NCBI GenBank assembly: GCA_035528375.1
Contig: DATKYS010000051.1
Coordinates: forward strand, 4,503-68,502
Length of the DNA: 64,000 nucleotides
Source: a bacterium
GTDB lineage: Bacteria > RBG-13-66-14
Direction of reading: 5' to 3'
Each line of letters opens with the position of its first letter. Position 1 is the stretch's first letter. Shown here one piece after another: positions 46,911 through 56,036 of the stretch. A model generated the notes under the pieces. That model searched no databases. It was not told the origin of the DNA and worked only from the letters and a program-made list of their open reading frames with translations. The translations under genes were made by a program, and so were the position numbers.

Positions 46911-48806
46911 TTACCAAATCTCCTCGGTCGTCATGCGTAATTCCAGCTCCTCCCCGCCGCGCAGGACGGTGAGGGTTCGCTCGGTGCCCGGCTCGGCCGC
47001 CGACCACTCGACGAGATCCAGAGCGGTGAGGATCTCGAGAGGCACGCCGTCAAGGGCCAGGACGACGTCGCCCTCGAGGAGCCCCGCCCGCTCCGCCGGG
47101 GAATTTTCCCAGACGACGACCACCGTGCCGCCCGCCGTGGTGAATCCGAGGCGGTTGGGGGGAACGCCTTCCCCGAGACCGTCGGAGCCCACCTCGAGAA
47201 TCAGCCGCCAGTCGGGGTAGTCCAGCGTCACCCGCCGGAAGCGCCGAAGAACGTCCTGCCCGATGTTCCCCAACTCCCGGCTGCGGGCCAGCGCCCCTTC
47301 CGTCTCGCCGGTCAGCACCGCCAGGGGCTCGGGGATGCTCACCGACCCCAGACGCAACTCGCCCGACTTCACCAGCCGGTGGAAGTTCGCCCCGCCGAAG
47401 CCGCTCACCAGCTGCGGCCGCCAGTCCGGATAACGCTCCTCGAGGCCGTACTCCTCCACCGTCGGGCGGTAAACGGTGGTGTAGTTCAGGTTCCCCAGGT
47501 CGAGGGCGAAGTAGCCCCGGACGCCGTCGAGCTCCGCCTCCACCGCGGGGATGCCCTCGTCCAGCCGGAGCGGCAGAATCTCGATGACGCCGGGCTCGGG
47601 CTCCGGCGGCACGTAGGTCTCCGGGTCGTAAATCGTGAGCGCGGACTCCGCGTAATCTATCTCGACCACGGTCCGGGCGAAGAGCTCGTAGCCCAGGATT
47701 CCGCCCCATTCCCGGCCGAAGTGCCAACCGAATACGGAGAGGTCCGCCGTCGCCAGGGTCGGCTCCTCGAAGGTCAGGCCGCCGATGGTCAGGCTGTCGG
47801 CCTGCAGGATGCCGACCTCCCCCAGGCCGCCGGTCCCGACCCCCGCCCCGGTGCCGACAGTGGTGATGCCCAGTTCCTCGGCCACCGGCGTGGACAGGAC
47901 GCTCATCGTGGCCCCGCTGTCCAGAATCATCCACACCGGCTCCCCGTTCACCAGGGTCGGGACGAAGATGGCGTCGCCGGTGAACTCAACGGGCACCCGA
48001 ACCCGGTCCTCACCCTCCGGGAACACCAGGCGCGCCCCGACCGGCGGGAGGAAGAGGGCCGGGTCCACCGGCTCGTCGAGGGCTACGTCTTCCATCGTCT
48101 GGTCAATCGTGAGGGGCAGCCCCGTGAGGGTGGTGTGGAAGCGGGAGGGAAGACGGAGGCCGGAGAAATCTCTGACATCCGAGCACGTCGTGACGTGGAC
48201 GATCCCGTCCAGCTCGGAGGTGATGCGGCGCAGGGAACCGTCGCCGGAGTCCAGGTGGTAGCGCCGGGGGTGGAAGGGGAGGCCGCCGGACACGGGACCG
48301 AAGTCCAGCACGTCGCAGGGGGCGCCGTCCACATCCTCGACACCGGCCCAGGCCACGGAAAAGAGGGCCGGGTCGGGGTGACAGTAGAGGAGGGCGTCCA
48401 TGACCAGAGAGGTGGTGTAATCCGCGAGCTCGACACCGGCCAGCTCCCGGACCTCGCCGTTGGAAGCGGCGATCCAGCCCCCCTCGGGCGTGATGAGCAC
48501 CAGCTCGTGCAGGGGACCGAGGGTGACCTCGCTTCTGTAGTAAATCCCCCGGATGAAGTCCCCGGCGTCGCAGGTCCCGTCGGCGTTCACCGCGGGCTTC
48601 TCCGCCGGCAGGACCACCAGGATTTCGGAAAAACCCTCCATCCCGCCCGAGGCGATGGTCCCCGAGTAGCGGATGGACTCCAGCGATTCCCAGATGGCGT
48701 CCACGCCGAGGGATTCCCGGTGCAGGGCGAGGGCGTCCTGCGCCTCCCCGGCGCCGGCGGCCATGACGAGGGACAGAACAAAGACCAGCGTGGCGATCCG
48801 GCGCAT
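46911..48806 (-). CDS. Secreted paralog with two retropepsin-like domains plus C-terminal PDZ domain
   Basis: Signal peptide. VWMILDSGATMSVL and YFALDLGNLN. The PDZ-like tail is GFTTAGGTVVVVWENSPAERAGLLEGDVVLALDGVPL. Confidence 0.6.
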   Translation of the reverse strand: MRRIATLVFVLSLVMAAGAGEAQDALALHRESLGVDAIWESLESIRYSGTIASGGMEGFSEILVVLPAEKPAVNADGTCDAGDFIRGIYYRSEVTLGPLHELVLITPEGGWIAASNGEVRELAGVELADYTTSLVMDALLYCHPDPALFSVAWAGVEDVDGAPCDVLDFGPVSGGLPFHPRRYHLDSGDGSLRRITSELDGIVHVTTCSDVRDFSGLRLPSRFHTTLTGLPLTIDQTMEDVALDEPVDPALFLPPVGARLVFPEGEDRVRVPVEFTGDAIFVPTLVNGEPVWMILDSGATMSVLSTPVAEELGITTVGTGAGVGTGGLGEVGILQADSLTIGGLTFEEPTLATADLSVFGWHFGREWGGILGYELFARTVVEIDYAESALTIYDPETYVPPEPEPGVIEILPLRLDEGIPAVEAELDGVRGYFALDLGNLNYTTVYRPTVEEYGLEERYPDWRPQLVSGFGGANFHRLVKSGELRLGSVSIPEPLAVLTGETEGALARSRELGNIGQDVLRRFRRVTLDYPDWRLILEVGSDGLGEGVPPNRLGFTTAGGTVVVVWENSPAERAGLLEGDVVLALDGVPLEILTALDLVEWSAAEPGTERTLTVLRGGEELELRMTTEEIW

Positions 48807-48895
48807 CGGTCCGACTCCCGCGTTGACGTTTCGGTTAGATTAAAGGCGCCCCGGGGCCTTGTCAAGCTGCGCCCCGCGGCGGTAAACTCGCCTCG

Positions 48896-49411
48896 ATGGA
48901 CGTCCTCATCCACATCTGCTGCGGCATCTGCATCCTCGAGCCGCTCCGGGACCTGCGCGGCGAGGGGCACGACGTGCTCGGGGTGTGGGTCAACCCGAAC
49001 ATCGAGCCGGCCGCCGAGCACGACCGCCGCCTGGACGCCCTGGGGACCGTCGTCCGGGTCGAGGGGCTGCCGTTGGTGCGCCTGGACGCGCCGGAGTTTT
49101 CGCCTCCCGCGGCGGAGCCCTCCGACGAGCGCTGCGGCTATTGCTACCGCCTGCGCCTCCTCCCCACGGCCCGCCTCGCCGCCGAGTCCGGCGCCGCCTT
49201 CACCACCACACTTTTATTCTCCCGCCATCAGCGCCACGAATTGATAAAAAGCGTCGCGGAACAGGTGGCCGCCGAGACCGGGGCGGAGTTCCTCTACCGT
49301 GACTGGCGGCCGCTCTTCGCCCGGGGCCAGAGCCGGGCCCGGCGGCTCGGCATCTACCGCCAGCGCTACTGCGGCTGCCTGCCCAGCCTCGACGCCCGGC
49401 TGAAGGAGTAG
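48896..49411 (+). CDS. queH: Epoxyqueuosine reductase QueH (DUF208)
   Basis: LIHICCGICIL...VWVNPNIEP...ERCGYCYRLRL...YRQRYCGCL is the QueH cysteine pattern. Confidence 0.8.
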   Translation: MDVLIHICCGICILEPLRDLRGEGHDVLGVWVNPNIEPAAEHDRRLDALGTVVRVEGLPLVRLDAPEFSPPAAEPSDERCGYCYRLRLLPTARLAAESGAAFTTTLLFSRHQRHELIKSVAEQVAAETGAEFLYRDWRPLFARGQSRARRLGIYRQRYCGCLPSLDARLKE

Positions 49412-49414
49412 GGC

Positions 49415-49700
49415 GGGATTTTACCCCCACCGCTACCTCTACGAAATCCCCCGTATGCGCGTTGCGATGACGTAGGGGCCGACCTTTAGGTCGGCCCGTT
49501 CTTCAAAGGCAACCCTCACCCTTTATCCCGCTCCCACGGGGAGAGGGGGGCCGCTTCACCCCTCACCCCGGCTATATCCCAAACGTAGGGCGGGGATTTT
49601 AATCCCCGCCGCTTTACCCCCCACCCCAACCCGTAAGCGCGCTTCCCCCCAGAGGGGGGAGGGGACCGCGGGACGACTTCACTTCTTCGTCCAACCGTCA
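49415..49700. repeat. REP-like palindromic element cluster
   Basis: gtaggggccgacctttaggtcggcccg, ctcccacggggagagggggg, gtagggcggggattttaatccccgcc and ccccccagaggggggagggg. Confidence 0.75.
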
Positions 49701-49750
49701 ACTCTTAAAAAAAACCGGCCGCAGGGCCGTTCTCTTTTACAGGCTCTCGT

Positions 49751-49936
49751 TCAAGGTTGTGGAATCCCCAGGTCGGCGCATATCTTCTTCGCCAATGTAT
49801 CGCTGATCCCGGTGTGCCTGGGGACCGTGGACATCTTTCCCGTCGTCGCATTCACGAATACGCTGTGCTTACCACCCTCGCGTTTCAGAAGGCACCCGGA
49901 CCCGATCAAATGCTGGATCAGATCCCGGCGTTTCAT
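49751..49936 (-). CDS. hicA: HicA-family mRNA interferase toxin
   Basis: MKRRDLIQHLIGSGCLLKREGGKHSVFVNATTGKMSTVPRH... is the HicA/YcfA fold signature. Confidence 0.8.
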   Translation of the reverse strand: MKRRDLIQHLIGSGCLLKREGGKHSVFVNATTGKMSTVPRHTGISDTLAKKICADLGIPQP

Positions 49937-50202
49937 GCCGTCAGCTGCAAGGGTTCCCGGATAACCTCAGTATTCTCCAATCGTTTTTCCGCTTCCTCCC
50001 GGTAGCACTCCAGCAACAGCCGGACCGCGTCGAGAAGATTCTCCCGGGCCTCTTCGAGGGTCGCGCCCTGGGTGTTCGCGCCGGGAAGCTCTTCCACGAA
50101 GGCGATATAGCCTTCCGGCACTTTCTGAAAAACAGCGGTCAGCTGCACTTTCATCTCCGCTCCTCCATCCGCCGGACGAAACCTGGGTACAGTATAGCTC
50201 AT
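49933..50202 (-). CDS. hicB: HicB-family antitoxin (UPF0150)
   Basis: ...KVPEGYIAFVEELPGANTQGATLEEARENLLDAVRLLLE... It overlaps hicA by 4 nt and lies upstream of it. Confidence 0.7.
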   Translation of the reverse strand: MSYTVPRFRPADGGAEMKVQLTAVFQKVPEGYIAFVEELPGANTQGATLEEARENLLDAVRLLLECYREEAEKRLENTEVIREPLQLTA

Positions 50203-50214
50203 TTTTCAACCAAG

Positions 50215-50320
50215 CGGCTGGTTTTACCCCTCACCCTAGCCCGTAGGCGAGCCTCCCCCCAAAGGGGGGAGGGGACAAGCGACCCTCACCCCAGCCCGTT
50301 CCGACAAACGGCCCCGGTTT
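50215..50320. repeat. REP-like palindromic elements
   Basis: ccctcaccctagcccgtaggcgagcctccccccaaaggggggagggga. Confidence 0.65.
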
Positions 50321-50377
50321 GACTCACCGCGGGGCGGGGGCTATAATGCCCCGGCGGTCAGCCTTCGCGGGGGATTT

Positions 50378-51385
50378 GTGAAACTGCCCGATAAAATCGC
50401 CGTCATGGGGGCCGGGAGCTGGGGCACCGCCCTGGCCATCGCCTTCGACTACGCGGGCGTCCCGGTCACCCTCTGGGCCCACACACCCGCCCTGGCCGCC
50501 AAACTCTCCCTGCACCGGGAGAACGTGGACTACCTCCCCGGCGCTCGGCTGCCCGATTCGATAAAAATCACCGATGACATCGCCGAGGCGGCCCGCGGCG
50601 CGGGGACGGTCTTCTCCATGGGGCCGACCCAGTTCGCCCGCGACGTCATCACCCGCTTCAAACCGTACCTCACCAAGGGCGCCATCGTCGTCAACGCCGC
50701 CAAGGGCATCGAGCGCACCAGCCACCAGACGATGACCGAGCTGGCCGAGGAGGTGCTCCCCGACCGGTTCCACAAGCGGCTGAGCGTGCTCTCGGGGCCG
50801 AACTTCGCCGAGGAGGTGGCCCAGGGGCTCCCCGCCGCCGCCGTCATCGCCAGCCGCTCCAAGGCCGCCGCCCGTTGGATCCAGCAGAAGCTATCCTCCG
50901 ACCGCCTCCGCCTCTACACCTCCAACGACCCCATCGGCGCCGACATCGGCGGCTCGATGAAGAACATCTTCGCCATCGCCGCCGGGGCCATAGACGCCCT
51001 GGGGCTGGGGGACAACGCCCGCGCCGCGCTCATCACCCGCGCCCTCGTCGAGATAGCCCGCCTGGGCAAGGCCGTCAGCGCCAAGGGAAAAACCTTCAAG
51101 GGGCTCTCCGGCCTGGGCGACCTCCTCCTCTCCTGCTCCAGCCCCAAGAGCCGCAACTACAACGTGGGCTACCGCCTGGGGCGGGGGGAGAGCCTGCGGG
51201 ACATCCTGGCCGACATGGTCCACGTCGCCGAGGGTGTGCCCACCACCGTTGCCGCCACGGCCCTCGCCGAGCGCCACAAAATCGAGCTCCCCATCACCGC
51301 CGAGGTCTTCCGGATGCTATACGGGGAGAAGAGCCCCGCCGACTGCGTCCGCGACCTGATGACCCGGGAGCTCAAGCCCGAGTAG
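50378..51385 (+). CDS. gpsA: NAD(P)H-dependent glycerol-3-phosphate dehydrogenase
   Basis: MKLPDKIAVMGAGSWGTALA Rossmann motif, with GpsA colinearity throughout. Confidence 0.9.
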   Translation: MKLPDKIAVMGAGSWGTALAIAFDYAGVPVTLWAHTPALAAKLSLHRENVDYLPGARLPDSIKITDDIAEAARGAGTVFSMGPTQFARDVITRFKPYLTKGAIVVNAAKGIERTSHQTMTELAEEVLPDRFHKRLSVLSGPNFAEEVAQGLPAAAVIASRSKAAARWIQQKLSSDRLRLYTSNDPIGADIGGSMKNIFAIAAGAIDALGLGDNARAALITRALVEIARLGKAVSAKGKTFKGLSGLGDLLLSCSSPKSRNYNVGYRLGRGESLRDILADMVHVAEGVPTTVAATALAERHKIELPITAEVFRMLYGEKSPADCVRDLMTRELKPE

Positions 51386-51394
51386 TCGCGACCT

Positions 51395-51760
51395 TTCCCT
51401 AAATGTAGGGCGGGGACTTCTGTCCCCGCCGCCGGCCCCGACCCTCACCCCGGCCCGTCGGCGAGCCGCTCCCTAGAAGGGAGAGGGGGCCGTCGCACCC
51501 TTTATCCGCGCCTGCGATAACGTAGGGCGGCCCCTCTGCGGGCCGCCGCGAATTGCAATGACGTAGGGGCCGACCGACGGCGCGCCGTTCAGGTCGGCCC
51601 GTCTCGACATGGTGCCCGTAGGGCGGGGAACCGAGAGAAGCGAGCTATGCGAAGCAAATCCTTTCCCCGCCGTTTTCACGTTCCCGGCCCCGACCCTCAC
51701 CCTATCCCTCTCCCTAAAAGGGAGAGGGGGTCGTCCGCGGGCGTCTTTTTGTTCCCCCCG
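51395..51760. repeat. REP-like palindromic element cluster
   Basis: gtagggcggggacttctgtccccgcc, ccctagaagggagaggggg, gtagggcggcccctctgcgggccgcc, gtaggggccgaccgacggcgcgccgttcaggtcggcccg and ccctctccctaaaagggagaggggg. Confidence 0.8.
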
Positions 51761-51769
51761 AGTATCGGA

Positions 51770-52873
51770 TTAAAACTCCGCCTTGACGGCGCCCCAACTC
51801 GTCTGCACCACGTTGAGCTCCTCGGTGGTAAAGCTCCAGACGAAGTCGTATCTCATCTCACGACCGGTACGATCCGCCAGGCAACCGTCCACGGTGCAGG
51901 TGATGAGGTCCACCGGCAGGTCCTCGTCGGGGGTGAATGTGCAGACGACATCGGTCCAGTCGCTGTCATCAATCACGAGCGTTCCCGGAATCTCGCCCGC
52001 GGGCCGGGGATTACAGCTCGTCGAGAGGGAAGACGAACCGGCGCGCAGGGCTCTGTCTCCCGATCGCCGCGACTGGTCCTCCGCCGTGAAGACTATCGTG
52101 GAAACTTCAATTCCAAACATCCCGCTGCAACAGTGGAACACGATGTCCCTGCCCACCGGCACGTCGGATTCCCCGTCATCGGGGTCCATGCCCTCCACCC
52201 AAGGTCGGGGGGAGGTATCGTACCCTATCGCGAATTTGATGGCGTTGTTGTAGAGCACCCAGCCGTCGCCGTCCCAAAAGTGGTAGTCACCGGGGCACAG
52301 GTTGACGGCGGCAGCGAAGCACCATTCACTGACCGCCACCATGTCGGTGCCGTTTTCCAGGTCGGCGATCCAGATAGCGCCGCTCTCCGTCGAGATGTAC
52401 TGCCAGTAGTTGATGTGGGAAATGCTCGAAACGCCGTCCATGATGCCCCAGTAATCTTCGTAATCGCCCAGGCGGGTGCTGGAGTGATAGGTGTAGCCGC
52501 GGGTCAGGGGGCAGTAGTCAGGGTCGCTGGCGTAACGGCCGGCGATGCCCCAGCTGCCCGAGTCGTGAGCGAAGCAGCAGGATACGACGCCGCCGTAGTA
52601 GTCTAAGTAGTCGGCCAGGTTATTCCCGAAGGCCGTGGGGTCGTCGTAGGCGTAGTTGCTCCACGTGAAGACGACGCCGTAATCGTTCAGGGTGTCCATG
52701 CTGGGGGTGGTCGTGGTGCAGTCCAGGAATGTAACGCTGTCGTAGTAGGGGTCGCCGCCGATGTAGGTTTGGGCGTCCGAGGTTGCGCCGGGGTCGGTGT
52801 GGCAGATCAAGATGTCGTACCGCCCCGCGATAGCCGCGGTAACGACCACCAAGACTAACAACGCTCTTCGCAT
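51770..52873 (-). CDS. Secreted protein of unknown function with Ig-like C-region and C-terminal ...QTSWGAVKAEF tail (paralog A)
   Basis: Signal peptide MRRALLVLVVVTAAIAG. Ends ...FVWSFTTEELNVVQTSWGAVKAEF. Confidence 0.6.
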   Translation of the reverse strand: MRRALLVLVVVTAAIAGRYDILICHTDPGATSDAQTYIGGDPYYDSVTFLDCTTTTPSMDTLNDYGVVFTWSNYAYDDPTAFGNNLADYLDYYGGVVSCCFAHDSGSWGIAGRYASDPDYCPLTRGYTYHSSTRLGDYEDYWGIMDGVSSISHINYWQYISTESGAIWIADLENGTDMVAVSEWCFAAAVNLCPGDYHFWDGDGWVLYNNAIKFAIGYDTSPRPWVEGMDPDDGESDVPVGRDIVFHCCSGMFGIEVSTIVFTAEDQSRRSGDRALRAGSSSLSTSCNPRPAGEIPGTLVIDDSDWTDVVCTFTPDEDLPVDLITCTVDGCLADRTGREMRYDFVWSFTTEELNVVQTSWGAVKAEF

Positions 52874-52907
52874 TTTCTCCTCCTTTGGTTGAACGTTCCC
52901 GGATTAT

Positions 52908-54017
52908 TTAAAACTCCGCCTTGATGGCCCCCCAACTCGTCTGCACCACGTTGAGCTCCTCGGTGGTAAAGCTCCAGACGAAGTCCTCCTCCATCTCGAT
53001 ATCGTAGCGGTTGGCCAGGCCGGCGGCGACGGTGCAGGTGATGGCGTCGTCGCCGTTCAGCGGATCGGCGGGGGTGAAGGTGCAGACGACATCCCTGGGG
53101 TCGGTGTCGTCCAGGTCCAGGTCGCCGGCGATCGAGCGGGCGGACTCGAAGTTGGCGCTGATGGCGGCGCTGGCGCTCACCGCACGGCCACCGGAGAGGG
53201 TGGTGTCGCGGGCGGTGAAGTCAATCGTATCCAGGTCAATGGCGAAGAAGTCATCCACGCAGTGAAAGACGATGTTGGTGTCCACCGGCACGCCGGTGTC
53301 CCCGTCGTCGGGGTCCATGCCGGTCACGTAAGGCGGATCATTCGGTATCCAGTAGTTCGTGAGCACGTTCTCCCACAGTTGCTGCTCCTGGCCGCCGCCG
53401 ATGAAGCTCTCATACAGGCCGGTGACGACACCCATGCCGTTCTCCGCCTCCAGAATACCAGCCTGGCCGGCGGTCTCGGTCGCGGTCCAACCGGTCACCG
53501 GGTGAGCGGTGGTCCACGGGTAGCGGTGGTGATAGACGCTTAAGCCCCAGCCGTGGTCGTCCAGTGTCCACGAGGTGATGCCATAGGTGAAGGCGTGGCC
53601 CAGATCCCAGCAGTAGTGGGACGCGGTGAAGACCATCGAGGTCGGGTTGCCGACCCCCATGGCCGTCTCGAGGGCGTCGTTGTAGCTGCCGTGCGCGTAC
53701 CAGTCGAAGTAGTGCAGCTTTGCGAAGTCGTTGTACCAGTTCGTCAGGGCGGTGTAGTCGCTGGTGGTGTAGCTGGTGTAGTTAATTGCGGCGACGATGC
53801 ACATATCCCAGTCGCCGCCTGTCAGGCTGGATATGAAGGTGGACCAGGTGCTGCCATCGTAGTACGTGGCGGAGCAACTCGGCCACAGGTCGCTTATCGC
53901 GCTGGAGAGGTAGCTGCCGCCGTACGCAGTGTCGTACTTGACGATTATGTTGTCGGGGTCCTGCCCCATCGAAGCCAGTACCAACAGAGACCACAGTATT
54001 ATCAACGCCTTGCGCAT
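52908..54017 (-). CDS. Secreted paralog B with the same C-terminal ...QTSWGAIKAEF tail
   Basis: Signal peptide MRKALIILWSLLVLASMG. The last 25 aa are almost identical to paralog A. Confidence 0.6.
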   Translation of the reverse strand: MRKALIILWSLLVLASMGQDPDNIIVKYDTAYGGSYLSSAISDLWPSCSATYYDGSTWSTFISSLTGGDWDMCIVAAINYTSYTTSDYTALTNWYNDFAKLHYFDWYAHGSYNDALETAMGVGNPTSMVFTASHYCWDLGHAFTYGITSWTLDDHGWGLSVYHHRYPWTTAHPVTGWTATETAGQAGILEAENGMGVVTGLYESFIGGGQEQQLWENVLTNYWIPNDPPYVTGMDPDDGDTGVPVDTNIVFHCVDDFFAIDLDTIDFTARDTTLSGGRAVSASAAISANFESARSIAGDLDLDDTDPRDVVCTFTPADPLNGDDAITCTVAAGLANRYDIEMEEDFVWSFTTEELNVVQTSWGAIKAEF

Positions 54018-54230
54018 TTCAACCTCCTTGGGTCGAACGCCTGCGAAGTATTCAAAACACAGCTATAACGGCACTTCTTGAGAAAGTCCACTCCTCCACG
54101 TAAGTAATATACCACCGTCTGCGCGGTGTGGCAAGGGGCCGGTAAAAAAAACGCCCGGCGTAATGCCAGGCATTTTCCATCAAATTTACGTAACGGTTCT
54201 CCGCAAGCCTACCCAAACCTACACCACCCT

Positions 54231-54412
54231 CTTCCGGCTTGAAGCCGGCCACGGCCCCGCGAGGAGTGTTCCGGTCGTTCTCAATCCCTCCCCGCGAGCG
54301 AACGCGAACCTACATCCCATACTTCCGGCTTGAAGCCGGCCACGGCCCCGCGGGGAACGGTTCAGGTTTCTCACAATTCCGCCCCGCGAGCGAACGCGAA
54401 CCTACATGCCGT
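54231..54412. repeat. Imperfect tandem duplication (approx. 92-bp unit x2) each carrying the hairpin CCGGCTTGAAGCCGG
   Basis: cttccggcttgaagccggccacggccccgcg....cccgcgagcgaacgcgaacctacat occurs at 54231 and again at 54323. The second copy abuts the kbl stop. Confidence 0.7.
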
Positions 54413-55649
54413 ACTTGGCGATTATCCCGTCCTTGTCCAGGCCGAGGATGCCGTACTTATCGCCCACCTTGCGGAAGGCCTCCACGCACTTGTCAATGTG
54501 CGCCTTCTCGTGGGCGGCGGAGAGCTGGACGCGGATGCGCGCCTGGCCGTTGGGCACCACGGGGAAAAAGAAGCCGATGACGTAGATGCCCTCGGCGTAC
54601 ATGTCGCGGGCCATGTCGTTGGCCAGCTTTGCGTTGTAGAGCATGACCGGGACGATGGGGGTCTCGCCGGGGCGGACGCTGAGCCCGGCGGCGGTTATCC
54701 CCTCCCGGAAGTACTTTGTATTGGCCTCCAGCTTGTCCCGGCGCTCCGTGCTCTTCATGATTATCTCCAGGACCTTGAGCGAGGCGGCGGTGATGACCGG
54801 CGAGAGCGAGTTCGAGAAGAGGTAGGGCCGGGCCTTCTGGCGGCAGAGCTCCACCAGCTCCCTGCGGCCCGACACGCACCCGCCCGACGCACCGCCCAGC
54901 GCCTTGCCCAGCGTCGTCGTGATGATGTCAATCTTGCCCATCACGCCGAAGTGCTCGTGGACCCCGCGGCCGGTCTTGCCGATGAACCCCGAGGCGTGGG
55001 AGTCGTCCACCAGAATCATGGCGTCGTACTCCTCGGCCAGGGCCACCATCTCGCCCAGGGGGCACATATCGCCGTCCATGGAAAAAACGCCGTCGGTGAC
55101 GATGAGCCGGTTGCGCTTGCCCTGGTGCTGCTCCAGCTTCTGCGCCAGGTGCTTGGTGTTCATGTGCTTGAAGGTGTCGTACTCGGCGGAGCAGAGCCGG
55201 ATGCCGTCCACCAGGCTGGCGTGGATGAGCCGGTCGGCGATGATGACGTCCTCGGGGCCCAGGACGGCCTCGAAGACCCCGGCGTTGGCGTCCATGCACG
55301 ACGGGAACAGAAGCGTGTCCTCGGTGCCCAGGAACTCGGTCAGTTTATCCTGCAGCTCGCGGTGGATGTCCTGGGTGCCGCAGATGAAGCGGACCGAGCT
55401 CATGCCGTAGCCGCGGGTGTCCAGGCCTTTGTGGGCGGCGGCGATGACCTCGGGGTGGCTCGAGAGGCCGAGGTAGTTGTTGGCGCAGAAATTTAAAACC
55501 TTCTCCTGAGCCGCGCCCTCGGGGTACTCCACGGTGATTTCCGCGTCCTGGGGCGAGCAGATGAACCGTTTTTCCTTGTAGAGGCCCTTGCTCTTGATCG
55601 CTTCTATTTCCTCGGCGAATCCGGCGCGGGACACCTTCGAGTAGGCCAT
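54402..55649 (-). CDS. kbl: 2-amino-3-ketobutyrate CoA ligase (glycine C-acetyltransferase), PLP-dependent alpha-oxoamine synthase family
   Basis: NFCANNYLGL, SVRFICGTQD, PLP-lysine region TLGKALGGASGG, RPYLFSNSL and GIYVIGFFFPVVPNGQARIRVQLSAAH match Kbl residue for residue. Confidence 0.8.
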   Translation of the reverse strand: MAYSKVSRAGFAEEIEAIKSKGLYKEKRFICSPQDAEITVEYPEGAAQEKVLNFCANNYLGLSSHPEVIAAAHKGLDTRGYGMSSVRFICGTQDIHRELQDKLTEFLGTEDTLLFPSCMDANAGVFEAVLGPEDVIIADRLIHASLVDGIRLCSAEYDTFKHMNTKHLAQKLEQHQGKRNRLIVTDGVFSMDGDMCPLGEMVALAEEYDAMILVDDSHASGFIGKTGRGVHEHFGVMGKIDIITTTLGKALGGASGGCVSGRRELVELCRQKARPYLFSNSLSPVITAASLKVLEIIMKSTERRDKLEANTKYFREGITAAGLSVRPGETPIVPVMLYNAKLANDMARDMYAEGIYVIGFFFPVVPNGQARIRVQLSAAHEKAHIDKCVEAFRKVGDKYGILGLDKDGIIAKYGM

Positions 55650-55745
55650 GACTCCTCCTGACGAAAAGAGGTGGCGTTTTTTTTATAGATGAGTGCGTAG
55701 GCCGTCCCCTCCCCCCTTGGGGGGAGGGTTAGGGAGGGGGGTCCC

Positions 55746-56000
55746 CTACTTGGCCTGGAACTTCTTCACCAGCGCCACGATGGAGTTCACCGTGTCGAAG
55801 GCCTCGGGGGTGGCCTCCTCGTCGGGGAGCTTGATGTCGTACTTCTTCTCCAGGAAGACCTTGAGGGAGACCATGGAGAAGCTGTCCACGATTCCGCTGG
55901 AGATGAGCGGCGTATCGTCATCTATTTTGATGTCGTCGTCCTCGTCAACGTATTCGCCGATGACGTACTCGCGGACGGTATCGTGCATCTCGCGGGACAT
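55746..56000 (-). CDS. Acyl-carrier-protein-like protein (phosphopantetheine-attachment Ser in ...SSGIVDSFSMV...)
   Basis: 84 aa, acidic, with a DSx-type attachment motif and ACP length. Confidence 0.6.
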   Translation of the reverse strand: MSREMHDTVREYVIGEYVDEDDDIKIDDDTPLISSGIVDSFSMVSLKVFLEKKYDIKLPDEEATPEAFDTVNSIVALVKKFQAK

Positions 56001-56036
56001 GGGCGTTCCTTTCAGATTTAATATCTATGTTAGAAG

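Noticed and set aside
54402-55649. Calling the alpha-oxoamine synthase a serine palmitoyltransferase because of the neighbouring ACP/ACS/acpS
   Set aside because: Sequence blocks match E. coli Kbl almost residue for residue (NFCANNYLGL, SVRFICGTQD, RPYLFSNSL, GIYV.GFF.PVVP.GQARIR.Q.SAAH). It is kept as kbl. The pathway idea is retained only as a low-confidence finding.
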